NCBI GenBank assembly: GCA_050329555.1 | Contig: JBHJOQ010000061.1 | Coordinates: 1 to 59,817 of the forward strand | DNA from: Acidimicrobiia bacterium | Lineage (GTDB): Bacteria > Actinomycetota > Acidimicrobiia > Spongiisociales > ZC4RG35 | Length of the DNA stretch: 59,817 nucleotides | Direction: 5' to 3' | Part shown: piece by piece, positions 9,064 through 17,770 of the stretch | Numbering within the stretch: the first letter of the stretch is position 1 | Layout: every line of letters begins with the position of its first letter | The notes under the pieces: model-generated | Seen by the model: only the letters and a program-made list of their open reading frames with translations | What the model was told of the DNA's origin: nothing | Database searches by the model: none | Made by a program: the position numbers and the translations under genes

Positions 9064-9432
9064 ATGCTCGCTGCACTGAGTATCCAGGCGGTCGTCATGG
9101 GAGTGGCCGCTGGTGGCCTTTCGATCACACTCGTCGGATTCCTCGTAGGAGGTGGCCTGGCCTTGCTCGATGTGACCAACGGCCCGACCATCGGACTTCT
9201 CGTTGGGCTCCTGGTCGGTCTCGTTGTCGGGGGTTGGATTGCGGGGAGAATGGCGCTTCATTCCCACAGGTTCCACGGATCGGTGGCAGGCCTTCTTCTC
9301 GGGGGACTGCTGATCCTGCTCGCCAGTCTCGGTGAGGCATCGGCATCGATCTGGAATGTCCTCCTGCTCGCCTTTGCTTCCATTGTTGGTGGTGGCGTTG
9401 GCGGGCTTATCGGGGGACGTAGAACCAGGTAG
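9064..9432 (+). CDS. Hypothetical small membrane protein (Gly/Leu-rich TM helices)
   Basis: 122 aa with 3-4 TM segments. A GGAGG RBS lies 6-7 nt upstream of the ATG. Confidence 0.45.
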   Translation: MLAALSIQAVVMGVAAGGLSITLVGFLVGGGLALLDVTNGPTIGLLVGLLVGLVVGGWIAGRMALHSHRFHGSVAGLLLGGLLILLASLGEASASIWNVLLLAFASIVGGGVGGLIGGRRTR

Positions 9433-9439
9433 AATTAGG

Positions 9440-9815
9440 GAGCGAGTCGATTGGACGGCCGCGGCTCCGCTTGGCGGAGGCGAGGAAAGTCCGGACTCCA
9501 CAGGGCACGGTGCTGGGTAACTCCCAGGCGGGGCAACCCGACGGAAAGTGCAGCAGAAAACAAACCGCCGAAGGTCTTCGGACACAGGCAAGGGTGAAAA
9601 GGTGGTGTAAGAGACCACCAGTGCCCCGGGCGACCGGGGCAGCTTGTAAACCCCACCGGGAGCAAGGCCAAGCAGGGATCAACGGCCCGTTGAATATCCC
9701 GGGTAGGCCGCTCGAGCGGACTGGAGACAGTTCGCCTAGATGGATGGTCGTCGTGTCGGGCCGGCGTAGCTGGGCTCGACAGTTCACAGAATCCGGCTTA
9801 CAGATCGACTCGCAG
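9440..9815 (+). ncRNA. rnpB: RNase P RNA, bacterial type A
   Basis: P1 pairing GCGAGUCGAU (9442-9451) with AUCGACUCGC (9804-9813). Universally conserved GAGGAAAGUCCGG (about 9482-9494), the AGGGUGAAA...GGUGUAAGAGACC region, and the 3' ACAGAAUCCGGCUUA block (9786-9800). Confidence 0.9.
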
Positions 9816-9818
9816 TGT

Positions 9819-9846
9819 GCAGAGGACCCCGAGAGGGGTCTTCTGC
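9819..9846 (+). terminator. Strong hairpin immediately 3' of rnpB (processing/termination signal)
   Basis: GCAGAGGACCCC-GAGA-GGGGUCUUCUGC: a 12-bp stem (one G-U) with a GNRA-type loop. There is no clear U-tract. Confidence 0.4.
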
Positions 9847-9964
9847 GCGTTCACCGGGGAAATCCGCGCCGCTGGACGACTTCCGACATAGCCTGAGCCT
9901 GTTTGGAAACCTTTCGGTCGGCCGAAGGGTCAGAGGTCTGGCTCGATTAAAGGAGGAGCTTGTC

Positions 9965-10612
9965 TTGGTTATCAACAAATATCTGGCTGAATTCTTGGGG
10001 ACCCTGATCCTCGTTTTCGGAGGCTCGATGGGAATCCTCGCAGTCGGTGGGGCAACAGGGGCGGCGGAGATCATTGCAATCTCATTGGCTTTCGGGCTGG
10101 CGCTGCTGGCCGGGATCTGGGCCGTGGGACATATCTCCGGTGCGCACTTCAATCCTGCGGTGACCCTGGGGATGCTCCTCGACAAGCGGATCTCATTGAG
10201 CGACTCGATCGGGTACTGGGTGGCCCAATTCGCCGGCGCCGCGGTGGGATCACTGATCGTGGCCGGTGCGTCCAGCACCGACGTCGTTGCCGCAACAAGG
10301 ACAGGGTTCGGAGACTTGAGCACGGGCATTCTGATGGAGATCGCGCTTACCGCCATCTTCGTTTGGGTGGTTATGGCAGCGGTCCGCTCCGGTGGCACGG
10401 CTGCCCCGGGGGCGATCGCCCTCACCCTCGTCGGAGTCCACCTCGCCGGAATCCCGTTCTCGGGGGCTTCGGTCAATCCGGCCCGCTCGTTCGGTCCGGC
10501 TGTCGTTTCGGGGGATTTCACCGACCTCTGGGTCTACCTGGTGTTCCCGTTCGTCGGTGCACTTGTCGCCTACGGCTTATATCGGTTGTTCCCGGTAGCA
10601 GAAGAGATCTGA
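9965..10612 (+). CDS. MIP-family channel (aquaporin / aquaglyceroporin)
   Basis: Two NPA boxes (HFNPAVTLG and SVNPARSFG) and six TM segments. Start placed at the TTG at 9965, 6-7 nt after an AAGGAGGA RBS. The 50 upstream codons of the track ORF are non-membrane and overlap the rnpB terminator. Confidence 0.85.
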   Translation: MVINKYLAEFLGTLILVFGGSMGILAVGGATGAAEIIAISLAFGLALLAGIWAVGHISGAHFNPAVTLGMLLDKRISLSDSIGYWVAQFAGAAVGSLIVAGASSTDVVAATRTGFGDLSTGILMEIALTAIFVWVVMAAVRSGGTAAPGAIALTLVGVHLAGIPFSGASVNPARSFGPAVVSGDFTDLWVYLVFPFVGALVAYGLYRLFPVAEEI

Positions 10613-10629
10613 GCCCAGCGGAGGATTGG

Positions 10630-10660
10630 AACCACCCGGTCGCGACCGGGTGGTTTCGTA
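10630..10660. terminator. Bidirectional terminator hairpin between convergent genes
   Basis: AACCACCCGGUCGCGACCGGGUGGUU: a perfect palindrome of about 11 bp per arm, flanked by T-containing tails. It lies between the aquaporin (+) and the GGCT-like gene (-). Confidence 0.5.
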
Positions 10661-10666
10661 TACAAC

Positions 10667-11152
10667 TCAGGTCAGGAGCTGGTCGTCGGCGAGGTCTTCG
10701 AGGCCGACCACCCAACCGGCCGGGAGGTTCCAGTGTCGCGCTCCCCGGATCATCGTCCCCAGGTACTCCGCTGAGGGTTTTTCGGGTTCGGCGCCGGCCG
10801 GGTCGGCGACAAATGTCAGACAGTCGTGTTTGTTTCCGGCGCGATCAACGGCCTTCATCTCCCACTTCGGTGCCCGACCCTCCTCGGCTTCGATATGGAC
10901 GAGGTTGTTCACTTCGGCCCGGGGTACCTCGAAGACACCACCCCACACGGTCGAACCGGGCGACTCGACGAGGGAAGCCACGGGCCCGGCCCCGTTGGCT
11001 ACGAATACAAGCCTGGTATCCGGAAAGTGGGCGCTGAAGAGGAATCTGGCGCCGGGGGCTGTTTCCGCCAGCTGCTGTGGGTCGAGCAGTGAGGCGTATG
11101 CAAAATAGAGCTGGGTATCTGCCACGAAGGCCCAAGTGTAATGTTCTCCCAT
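10667..11152 (-). CDS. Gamma-glutamylcyclotransferase-fold (AIG2/GGACT-like) protein
   Basis: 161 aa with YFAYASLLDPQQL near the N-terminus and the GGVFEV pattern of AIG2-like proteins. Confidence 0.6.
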   Translation of the reverse strand: MGEHYTWAFVADTQLYFAYASLLDPQQLAETAPGARFLFSAHFPDTRLVFVANGAGPVASLVESPGSTVWGGVFEVPRAEVNNLVHIEAEEGRAPKWEMKAVDRAGNKHDCLTFVADPAGAEPEKPSAEYLGTMIRGARHWNLPAGWVVGLEDLADDQLLT

Positions 11153-11201
11153 CCGATCTCATTTATTCCCAGTAAACACCACTCCGTCTACCGTTAGACC
11201 C

Positions 11202-11804
11202 ATGAAAAGGTCGGTTGTCCTCTGTCTTATGGTGCTGATGGCGTCGGCTTGTGGCGGTGATTCTGCGACGACCACGTCGGAGGCCGACCTCGGTGAGACG
11301 ACCGTCGACACCCCTAACGCCACCTCACCTCCCGGGGCCGGTGAGACCACAACCAGCCTGGGGGAGTCGTCAACGACTTCGGACCGTGATCTCGCTCCTG
11401 ACTTCACGCTGGAACTGGGAGACGGCGGCAGTTACACCCTCTCCGATGGAGCACGACCGGTATACCTCGTTTTTTGGGCCGAGTGGTGACCGACCTGTCG
11501 ACGGGAGTTGCCCGTCGTCGACCAACTTGCCGCTGAGTACGCCGACAGGGTCGATTTCGTCGCCCCGGCGTGGAAGTCGAGCTTCGAACTGACCGAGGCG
11601 AGGGCAGAGGAGCTGTTTCTCTCCGGTGAGATCAAGTGGGGCCTCGACGCAGATGAGGAGATATTCGGCCTCTACGGGGTTCCGTACCAGCCGGTGACCG
11701 TGCTGATCGCAGCCGACCGCACAGTTGTGGTTGCTTGGCCCGGGATCAGGGCGGAAGACGAGATCAGAGAGGCGCTGGAGAACCTCATCGCACTGACCGA
11801 ATAG
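11202..11804 (+). CDS. TlpA/ResA-like thioredoxin-fold lipoprotein with an in-frame TGA at the first CxxC position (candidate Sec-containing UxxC redoxin; alternatively a nonsense pseudogene)
   Basis: Track ORFs 11202..11489 and 11508..11804 are in the same frame, interrupted only by the TGA at 11487..11489. The joined product reads lipobox LMASAC-GG ... PVYLVFWAEW[TGA]PTCRRELPVVDQL ... YGVPYQPVTVLI. That is a complete TlpA-like fold with a W-x-P-T-C active site and a cis-Pro loop. Confidence 0.6.
11496..11520 (+). promoter_or_regulatory. SECIS-like stem-loop downstream of the in-frame UGA
   Basis: Perfect 7-bp GC-rich stem CGACGGG (11499-11505) / CCCGUCG (11511-11517) with apical loop AGUUG, which contains G-U. 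Possible extension pairs are G11497-C11519 and U11496-G11520. The stem starts 9 nt after the UGA and the loop lies 17-21 nt downstream. Confidence 0.4.
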
Positions 11805-11904
11805 AACTGTGGCCTGTCGCGTAGATAGTGTGCGCGTGTCGACGAGGGCCGGGGAGCCGCCACAGGTATTCGTGAGACGGGTCACTCTCGCTACGATCGC
11901 TGTC

Positions 11905-12270
11905 ATGCCGATTGAGATCTCCACCGAGGAGTTGCTTCGCGACCTCGAAATGCAGCTTCTGGACCCCGAATTCAGAAGGGATACGTCACGTGTCCTCGAA
12001 TTGCTCGCCGACGAGTTCACCGAGATCGGGACGAGGGGGCGCCAGTACGACCTGGTAGCGATCGTGCGGGAGATGTCACGGGGCCGCTCACAAGAGGTGG
12101 TGGTCAAGGACTGGGAGGTCCGCGAGATCTATCCGACGGTGATGCTCTGCACGTACCGGACCACTGGCCCGACCGGCAGGGAGGTACTCCGCAGCTCGAT
12201 CTGGGTGAAACGGTCGGGTAGGTGGTATATGAGCTTTCATCAGGGGACGCCGATCCCTGATTCATGGTAG
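11905..12270 (+). CDS. NTF2-like / DUF4440-type small protein
   Basis: About 121 aa (MPIEISTEELLRDLE...ADEFTEIG...RSSIWVKRSGRWYMSFHQGT), typical of the SnoaL/DUF4440 fold. A TACGAT -10-like hexamer ends 7 nt before the ATG, so the transcript may be leaderless. Confidence 0.5.
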   Translation: MPIEISTEELLRDLEMQLLDPEFRRDTSRVLELLADEFTEIGTRGRQYDLVAIVREMSRGRSQEVVVKDWEVREIYPTVMLCTYRTTGPTGREVLRSSIWVKRSGRWYMSFHQGTPIPDSW

Positions 12271-12324
12271 ACGTCACGCCGGGCGACAACTGATGGTTGT
12301 CGCTCCGACCGGGCCCATCTCCCT

Positions 12325-13740
12325 GTGAGGCAGTTCGAGCTCCTTCTCCTGTTCACCTGTGTCTTCGCCGTGGCGTGGCCCGCGGTCTTCGGGGTTCGCC
12401 CGAGGCGGGGGATTGCATCCGGCTTGATGTTCGCGACGTTGATCGCACAGCTGCAGATCGGAGGATTCCGCTGGCAACTGATTCCTCTCTATGTGGCAGC
12501 AGTCGGTCTGATCATCGGCGACATCGTCTTTCTCGATCGCAATCTCAAGTGGTCGAGCCGGGTCGCCCGTGGCGTGTTCGGGCTCGCCGGCCTCTTGCTC
12601 GTATCGTCGCCCGCCTGGTTGTTCCCGGTCCCGGAATTGCCTGCTCCATCGGGCCCGGAGACCGTGGGCACGATCACCCTCGAGCTTTCTGTCCCTGAAA
12701 GTGAGGAGGTGTACGGCACGCGGCCGGGGCGGACTCGCGAGCTGGTGGTCCAGGTGTTCTATCCCGCGCTGCCAGATGGGGATAGCTCCCCGGGCATGAT
12801 CCATCCAGATTGGCCAGTCATCGGCCCGGAGCTGGCCCGGTCGGTGGGCCTTCCGTCGTGGTTCCTCAGCCACCTCGCGTATACCGAATCCCACACTCAC
12901 GAGGGCCTGACGGTGGCGCCGGGCACCTACCCTGTGGTGATCTACAGCCACGGTTGGTTGGGGTACCGATCGCTGGCGCTGAACCAGATTGAGAACCTCG
13001 TTTCCAATGGATATGTGGTGATCGCCCCCGATCACACCTACTCGGCGGTCGCCACAGTTTTCGAGGACGCAGATCTGGTCCCGTATTGGCCCGCCGCCCT
13101 ACCGGTCGAGGAGGACGTGAGCGCTGAGGCCTACGACGTGGCAGCTGCACTGCTCATCGAGACTCACACCAACGATCTCGTCGGGATCATCGACGCCCTC
13201 GAGGAGGGCGATGCGGGTCCTTTCGGGCAGGTCACCGGGAGTGTCGACATGACCCGGATCGGCCTTTACGGCCACGGGGTCGGCGGCGGTGCGTCGGTGA
13301 GCGTATGCCTGACTGACGAGCGCTGTGACGCTGTACTCGGCATGGACCCCTGGGTCGAGCACCTTCCCAATCGGACACTTGCAGTATCTGCAACCCGGCC
13401 GGCGATGTTCCTGCGGTCGGCGGAGTGGGATGACCTGCCCAACGACGCGATACTGCGCGGTATCGCAGAGCGAAGCGAGTCAACCACCTACTGGATCGGA
13501 ATCGACGGCTCAGGACACAACGATTTCTTGATGTTCCCACTGTTCTCGCCACTGGCCGATGAGATGGGGCTGCGGGGGCCGATCGGCGCCGGGCGGATGA
13601 TCCCGATCCTCAACCAGTACCTGATCGGGTTCTTCGACGTCTTCCTGCTCGACACCGGCCCCGCTTCGATCGACACGGTCACCTTTGACGAGGTCGCCCT
13701 CGAGGTCTTGCGTCACGACGAGGAACAACCGGAATCGTGA
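12325..13740 (+). CDS. Membrane-anchored alpha/beta-hydrolase, PAF-acetylhydrolase-like, with nucleophile Ser replaced by Gly
   Basis: About 4 N-terminal TM helices. The hydrolase domain has YPVVIYSHGWLGYRS, the nucleophile elbow LYGHGVGGG (expected GHSxGG), GMDPW (Asp) and GSGHNDF (His). Confidence 0.65.
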   Translation: MRQFELLLLFTCVFAVAWPAVFGVRPRRGIASGLMFATLIAQLQIGGFRWQLIPLYVAAVGLIIGDIVFLDRNLKWSSRVARGVFGLAGLLLVSSPAWLFPVPELPAPSGPETVGTITLELSVPESEEVYGTRPGRTRELVVQVFYPALPDGDSSPGMIHPDWPVIGPELARSVGLPSWFLSHLAYTESHTHEGLTVAPGTYPVVIYSHGWLGYRSLALNQIENLVSNGYVVIAPDHTYSAVATVFEDADLVPYWPAALPVEEDVSAEAYDVAAALLIETHTNDLVGIIDALEEGDAGPFGQVTGSVDMTRIGLYGHGVGGGASVSVCLTDERCDAVLGMDPWVEHLPNRTLAVSATRPAMFLRSAEWDDLPNDAILRGIAERSESTTYWIGIDGSGHNDFLMFPLFSPLADEMGLRGPIGAGRMIPILNQYLIGFFDVFLLDTGPASIDTVTFDEVALEVLRHDEEQPES

Positions 13741-13746
13741 TCGGGG

Positions 13747-14346
13747 TTAATCGTCGGGCTGCTGCTGGGTGTCCCCGGTGATCTGCTGGCCGGGCACATT
13801 TCCGGCGAGGATCGTGTCCAGAGTGGCCCCTAGTACGAAGGCGTCCGCCTCGCCGATGATCTTGCCGACGACTGTGCCGGAGTCGTCGATGAAGAAAGTC
13901 TCCGGGATCCCGAATACCCCGTAGGCGATCGCTGCCCTGCTCCCCGGGTCGTGAAGGTAAAGGGTCGAAGCAGACCGCCCAGCCTGGTCGAGATACGCGG
14001 CGGAGGCTCCGGCACTCTCCTGGTAAGAGATCTGCACGAAGCGCACCCCCCGGTCGGCAAAGGCGTCAGCTGTGGCGACGAGGTCGGCGTGCTCGTTCCT
14101 GCATTCGAGACACCACGATGCGAAGAAGTTGACGACGGTGATCGTGCCGTTCAGGTCGGTCGTATCGAAGGTTCCCGAACTATCGAGGAGCGGGAGATCG
14201 AGGGCAGGAGCCGGCTTCCCGAGGAGAGGTGACTCGACAAGTCCGGGATCGATCCCGAACCGGCTGGCGAGGACAACTGAGAGGATCACCGCTGCGCCAG
14301 CTATGGCAAGGCCGGCCCACTTCACTGCGTTGCCTCTCATTGGCAC
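13747..14346 (-). CDS. ccmG: Thiol:disulfide oxidoreductase CcmG/DsbE (TlpA family)
   Basis: N-terminal TM anchor, FFASWCLECRNEH active site, and YGVFGIPETFFID. Last gene of the ccm string. An alternative ATG at 14340 forms an ATGA overlap with the ccmH stop. Confidence 0.75.
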   Translation of the reverse strand: MPMRGNAVKWAGLAIAGAAVILSVVLASRFGIDPGLVESPLLGKPAPALDLPLLDSSGTFDTTDLNGTITVVNFFASWCLECRNEHADLVATADAFADRGVRFVQISYQESAGASAAYLDQAGRSASTLYLHDPGSRAAIAYGVFGIPETFFIDDSGTVVGKIIGEADAFVLGATLDTILAGNVPGQQITGDTQQQPDD

Positions 14347-15347
14347 GGCTCCCCGGCTGAAGCCAGGGCGAGGTCGGACTCGACGAGTGATCGCGTGTCA
14401 CCTTCGAGCTCGCGGTCGCCGAGAACCTGCTCGAAGAGTTCCACAGCCCTTCCGTTCTCGCCGGCCCCGCACCACAGCACCTGGCCTTTCAGATAGAGCG
14501 CCCCCGGCAACCCCGGGCTGATCTGCAAGGCCTCGTCGAGGAGGGTGATTGCAGTGTCCACCTCGCCGTTGCCGTCATATGCCATCCAACCCAGCCGGAC
14601 CAGCGCGGTGGTCGCCTCGTTGTCGGTAGACGACACGTCTTGGGCGACTTGGAGATAGTGGGGGAAAGCAGAGCGGTAGTCGCCCGTTGCGAAGTATCGC
14701 TCGGCGAGGGCCAGCCGCATAGCGTTGATCTGGGGATTGTCCAGGTTCGCTGCGACAACAGCTTCCATGGTCTCGTTGCTGACGTCGTCGAGGTCCTCGA
14801 CGGCGACGTCAGCGGCACCTTCGTTCGGGCCGGCCCGATCCTGGAGGAGCGTGGCGGCAACCAGCACAATCGCGCCGAAGCCGCCGATAAGGATGAGCCC
14901 TCCCACCAGGCGCCTGGTGCGGGTCGCCTGAGGACGATCGTCCGCATGGTTCCGGCCGCCGGGGTGCGACTTCCACCACAGGACCACCGCCACCCCGCCC
15001 ACAAGGGCTGCCCCCGGTGCCAGCCAGAGGAGCAATGTCGCTCCGGAAAGGGGCGGATCGAGGAGTACAGCCCCGCTGAACGAGCCAAGCAACTCGTCGA
15101 TTATCTCTTGATCGGAGGCACCCCCGGCGACCCGTTCTTCGATCAGGTCCATCATGTCCGTAGCCATCTGAGCGGGGGAGTCTCCAATGGCTTTGCCCTG
15201 GCAGACCGGGCATTTGATCGATGCCCCGAGCCGTTCCACCCTGTCGTCGGGCGACTCGTTGGTGACGACAAGGACGACCAGTGCGATCGCCATCGCCAGA
15301 GTCACCCCTGCGATGAGGAAGTTTTTCAATCGCTCAGACATCTGCAA
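14337..15347 (-). CDS. ccmH: Cytochrome c-type biogenesis protein CcmH fused to a TPR (CcmI-like) domain
   Basis: IKCPVCQGKAIGDSPAQMATDM (CcmH CxxC motif), followed by a TM segment and C-terminal TPR-like repeats (YFATGDYRSAFPHYLQV...). Confidence 0.8.
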   Translation of the reverse strand: MQMSERLKNFLIAGVTLAMAIALVVLVVTNESPDDRVERLGASIKCPVCQGKAIGDSPAQMATDMMDLIEERVAGGASDQEIIDELLGSFSGAVLLDPPLSGATLLLWLAPGAALVGGVAVVLWWKSHPGGRNHADDRPQATRTRRLVGGLILIGGFGAIVLVAATLLQDRAGPNEGAADVAVEDLDDVSNETMEAVVAANLDNPQINAMRLALAERYFATGDYRSAFPHYLQVAQDVSSTDNEATTALVRLGWMAYDGNGEVDTAITLLDEALQISPGLPGALYLKGQVLWCGAGENGRAVELFEQVLGDRELEGDTRSLVESDLALASAGEPCQ

Positions 15348-17361
15348 GAGTGCTTTCGGTCACCAGGTTCCGCTCGGAGGCCCGAGCAGCCATCGCCCAG
15401 AAACCGCCCCCGGCGGCGACCAGCCCCCCGAACCAGAGCAACCAGATCAGAGGGGAAGTGTCGAGAGACAACGTGGCGCTGATGTTGTCGAGGTCGCGAA
15501 GAGTCAGGTAGAGGTCACCTCCGGGCCGGGTGAGGACGTCGGGGGTGCTGATCCCGGAAGATTGGGACCCGTAGAAGTTGTTGGTCGGCTCCATGACCGC
15601 CACGAACTGGTTGTCCCTCAGGACGGTGACTCGGGCGCCGCGCACGATCCGCTGCGGCTCTTCGAACTGGAACGGGCCCTCGTAGACGAGCTCGTAACCT
15701 GCGAATTCGACCGACTCACCCGGCTCGAGGACGACCGTCTCGTGTAGCGCCAGATTGGCCGCAAACGCAATTCCCGCCGCCACCAGGACAACCCCGATGT
15801 GGCTCACCTGTCCCGCCCAGAACGCCGTATCACCTCCGATCACTTCGCGGAGGCCGCCGACCAGTGACATCTCGCGTCGCGCGGCGCGTCGCCCGGCATG
15901 TTCGAAGAGAAGCCCGATGATCGTGCCGGTGACGAATGTGGCTAGGACCACTGCCAGCACCACCCACCCGATCCGGCTGACGAAGAGAGCGACCGCGAGA
16001 CCCGCGCCGACTGCGACAACCACCGGCATGCGGCTCCGCCTCCAGATGATGCCGGGCGACGTGTCTCCCCATGGTGTGATCGGGCCGAAGCCCATTACGA
16101 GCAGCAGGGCGAACGTCAGGGGAACTGCAAGCCTGTTGTAGAAGGGTGCTCCCACCCCTACCTGAGTGCCGGTGAACGCCTCGACGAGAAGCGGGTAGGT
16201 CGTGCCGATCAGGACCACGAAGGCGTAGAGGGTGAGCAGGAGGTTGTTGGCGAGGAATGCACCCTCCCGGCTGATGAAGCTGTCGATGCGGGGCGCTGAG
16301 CTGACCAGGTGGGAGCGGCTGGCGAACAAGGTGAATGATCCAATCAGGACGAGGGCGAGGAATCCGAGCAGTGCAGGGCCGATGGCACTCTGGGTGAAGG
16401 AGTGGACCGAGTTGATGGTGCCCGACCGGGTGAGGAAAGTGCCGAGGATTGTCAGTGAGAAAGCGGAGATGACCAACACGAAGTTCCAGGCCTGGAGCAT
16501 GTCGCGCCGTTGTTGGACGACTGCGGAGTGGAGGAAGGCGGTGGCTACCAGCCACGGCATGAATGATGCATTTTCGACCGGATCCCATGCCCAATACCCT
16601 CCCCAGGAGAGCACCTCGTACGCCCACCACCCTCCGAGAACGATGCCGGCGGTGAGAAAGCTCCAGGCCACCAGAGTTGAACGGTGCGACCGCCGGAGCC
16701 AGACCGGCCCCGGAACGCTCAGGGCGAGAGCGCTTATCGCATAAGCGAAAGGAACCGACATCCCCACATACCCGAGGTAGAGCATCGGAGGGTGGATAGC
16801 CATCAGGATGTGATTCTGGAGCAGCGGATTCGGGCCGGCGCCCTCGAGGGGTGCGTCAATCGATGAGAAGGGCCAGGGGCTGGAAACGGCACAAGCCTGC
16901 TCAGCCGCCTGCACGCAGACCTCGAACGGGTTGGAGATGGTGATCATCAACCCGAAGAAGAACACCGAGATCACACCGAGAACCGCCAGAGCCCCCGCGC
17001 CGAGATGATCGGGCCCTTTCCGGTACTGCAGCAGGACGAACCAAGTGAACCCGGCAAGCACCAGGCCCCAGAGCACTATGGAGCCTTCGAGTGCCCCCCA
17101 GGCACTGGCAACGTTGAACGGAAATGGGGTGGTGGAGGCGTGGTGGTTGGCGACAAAGGAGATTGCGAAGTCGTTGGTCACCAGCGCCAGTTCGATGGCG
17201 AGCATCGCGATAACGGAGCCACCGAGAAGGAGCTTGGCGGGAGGCGCCAGGTCGCCGACACCGGTTGCCGACCTGGCGGTCTGCACCCCCCGGTAGGCAA
17301 GCAGGATCGCCCCGAGCAGCCCGGCGAGGATTCCTGCAGTCCCGAGGAGGGAAAGTGCCAT
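15334..17361 (-). CDS. ccmF: Cytochrome c haem lyase subunit CcmF
   Basis: 675 aa, polytopic, with the WWD motif WGGYWAWDPVENAS and conserved His residues. The start shares one nt with the ccmE stop (TGATG). Confidence 0.9.
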   Translation of the reverse strand: MALSLLGTAGILAGLLGAILLAYRGVQTARSATGVGDLAPPAKLLLGGSVIAMLAIELALVTNDFAISFVANHHASTTPFPFNVASAWGALEGSIVLWGLVLAGFTWFVLLQYRKGPDHLGAGALAVLGVISVFFFGLMITISNPFEVCVQAAEQACAVSSPWPFSSIDAPLEGAGPNPLLQNHILMAIHPPMLYLGYVGMSVPFAYAISALALSVPGPVWLRRSHRSTLVAWSFLTAGIVLGGWWAYEVLSWGGYWAWDPVENASFMPWLVATAFLHSAVVQQRRDMLQAWNFVLVISAFSLTILGTFLTRSGTINSVHSFTQSAIGPALLGFLALVLIGSFTLFASRSHLVSSAPRIDSFISREGAFLANNLLLTLYAFVVLIGTTYPLLVEAFTGTQVGVGAPFYNRLAVPLTFALLLVMGFGPITPWGDTSPGIIWRRSRMPVVVAVGAGLAVALFVSRIGWVVLAVVLATFVTGTIIGLLFEHAGRRAARREMSLVGGLREVIGGDTAFWAGQVSHIGVVLVAAGIAFAANLALHETVVLEPGESVEFAGYELVYEGPFQFEEPQRIVRGARVTVLRDNQFVAVMEPTNNFYGSQSSGISTPDVLTRPGGDLYLTLRDLDNISATLSLDTSPLIWLLWFGGLVAAGGGFWAMAARASERNLVTESTLADV

Positions 17362-17768
17362 CAGCTGCCCTCGGCCGGGGTTCCCTCTTCCGGTACGACA
17401 TAGTTCTCGTCGTGGCGGATGAGAGCATTCGTCGCGACATAGGTGTCACCTTCCCAGGCACCATCGAGGAGTACCGGGACCGTGTCGTCGAACAGGGGGG
17501 GAGGAGTGTTGACCAACCTGACCGGAATGATCTGCCCGCCATCGGAGACTTCGAAGACAAGGTCGTCACCTTCCTCGGAGAGGCTTCCCTCCACGACGGC
17601 ACCGGCCAACCTGAAGTTCTCCCCGTCGGCGAACTCGGAGCGCGCTTCGACGGCCTCGGTGGGATAGAGGTAATAAGTGAGGTTGTCTCCCAGACCGACG
17701 AGCGACATGGTGATGATGAGTGCGATGATCCCTCCGATTCCAGAAAGAACCAGAGTGCGGTGCTCCAT
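17361..17768 (-). CDS. ccmE: Haem chaperone CcmE
   Basis: N-terminal TM anchor, OB-fold region FRLAGAVVEGS, and the haem-binding motif RHDENYVVPE. Confidence 0.85.
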   Translation of the reverse strand: MEHRTLVLSGIGGIIALIITMSLVGLGDNLTYYLYPTEAVEARSEFADGENFRLAGAVVEGSLSEEGDDLVFEVSDGGQIIPVRLVNTPPPLFDDTVPVLLDGAWEGDTYVATNALIRHDENYVVPEEGTPAEGS

Positions 17769-17770
17769 GG

